Below, in pieces: positions 63,083-64,000 of a stretch of 64,000 nt of DNA. Source of the stretch: Escherichia phage W143. The stretch lies in the sequence record MZ189262.1; one strand, written 5' to 3'. Both the position numbers and the translations under genes were made by a program. The stretch's first letter is position 1; the number at the start of each line of letters is the position of its first letter. The notes under the pieces were generated by a model. It saw only the letters and a list, made by a program, of their open reading frames with translations, did not search any database and had not been told where the DNA came from.

Positions 63083-64000
63083 ATGACTTTATTATCTCCG
63101 GGCATTGAGCTCAAAGAAACTACGGTTCAAAGCACCGTGGTTAATAACTCTACTGGTACAGCAGCTTTGGCCGGTAAATTCCAGTGGGGTCCTGCTTTTC
63201 AGATCAAACAGGTTACAAATGAAGTAGATTTAGTTAATACTTTCGGTCAACCTACAGCTGAAACTGCTGACTATTTTATGTCTGCAATGAATTTCTTACA
63301 ATATGGAAATGATTTGCGAGTTGTGCGTGCTGTCGATAGAGATACCGCTAAAAACTCATCTCCGATTGCTGGTAATATTGAATACACTATTTCTACCCCA
63401 GGTAGTAACTACGCGGTTGGAGATAAAATCACAGTTAAGTATGTTTCAGAAGACATTGAAACGGAAGGTAAAATTACCGAAGTAGATGCTGATGGAAAAA
63501 TTAAGAAAATTAATATTCCTACTGCAAAAATTATCGCTAAAGCGAAAGAAGTCGGTGAATATCCAGCATTAGGTTCTAACTGGACCGCGGAAATTTCTTC
63601 GTCTTCATCTGGTTTAGCTGCAGTAATAACTCTTGGAAAAATTATTACTGATTCTGGTATTTTATTAGCTGAAATTGAAAATGCCGAAGCTGCTATGACA
63701 GCGGTTGAATTTCAAACAAATCTCGAAAAATATGGAATTCCAGGAGTAGTAGCTCTTTATCCAGGCGAGTTGGGCGATAAAATCGAAATCGAAATCGTAT
63801 CTAAAGCTGACTACGCAAAAGGAGCTTCTGCATTACTCCCAATTTATCCAGGTGGCGGAACACGCGCATCTACTGCTAAGGCAGTGTTTGGATATGGACC
63901 ACAAACTGATTCACAATATGCTATTATAGTTCGCCGTAATGATGCTATTGTTCAAAGTATTGTTCTTTCAACAAAGCGTGGTGAAAAAGACATTTATGAC
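63083..64000 (+). CDS. 18: Tail sheath protein gp18 (5' partial, runs off the window)
   Basis: ATG 63083 with SD AGAGGA; begins MTLLSPGIELKETTVQSTVVNNSTGTAALAGKFQWGPAF, matching recollected T4 gp18. Confidence 0.95.
   Translation, partial: MTLLSPGIELKETTVQSTVVNNSTGTAALAGKFQWGPAFQIKQVTNEVDLVNTFGQPTAETADYFMSAMNFLQYGNDLRVVRAVDRDTAKNSSPIAGNIEYTISTPGSNYAVGDKITVKYVSEDIETEGKITEVDADGKIKKINIPTAKIIAKAKEVGEYPALGSNWTAEISSSSSGLAAVITLGKIITDSGILLAEIENAEAAMTAVEFQTNLEKYGIPGVVALYPGELGDKIEIEIVSKADYAKGASALLPIYPGGGTRASTAKAVFGYGPQTDSQYAIIVRRNDAIVQSIVLSTKRGEKDIYD

Overview
This 64-kb window is a contiguous piece of a T4-like (T-even, Tevenvirinae) myovirus genome, colinear with phage T4 from gene 47 to the start of gene 18. 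It is close to T4 but not identical: nrdD is an uninterrupted 605-aa ORF with no group I intron, and there are extra internal-protein genes. Gene names are assigned from recognisable motifs and from my recollection of T4 proteins, not from a database search. Positions 1-42470 are a densely packed early/middle region on the minus strand: 47, a-gt, 55, nrdH-like, nrdG, nrdD, 49, nrdC, a variable nrdC-to-rI block, rI, tk, regB, a GrcA-like glycyl-radical protein, six genes with the capsid-targeting leader of T4 internal proteins, denV, e, nudE, eight tRNAs with an embedded segB homing endonuclease, 57B (Acb1), 57A, 1, 3, 2, 4. Positions 42518-64000 are late genes on the plus strand: 53, 5, 5.1, 5.4, 6-12, wac, 13-17 and a 5' fragment of 18. 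Early genes are preceded by a recurring promoter of the form GTTTAC-N18-TA(C/T)TAT sitting directly after the upstream stop codon; late genes by TATAAATA. I see no single clearly novel multi-gene system. The most interesting material is: (i) two loci with six capsid-targeted proteins, four of them not canonical IPI/II/III, as candidate injected anti-defence effectors; (ii) a duplicated denV promoter-leader-start remnant and repeated intergenic elements that look like recombination scars of cassette shuffling; (iii) the variable nrdC-rI block with a coiled-coil-tailed protein family, a seg-like GIY-YIG endonuclease, an AAA+ ATPase and a nucleotidyltransferase-fold protein; (iv) a macro-domain protein and a secreted lytic transglycosylase near tk/regB. 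ORF-track start codons were corrected in several places where the track began at an upstream TTG/GTG and a better ATG with a Shine-Dalgarno sequence follows.
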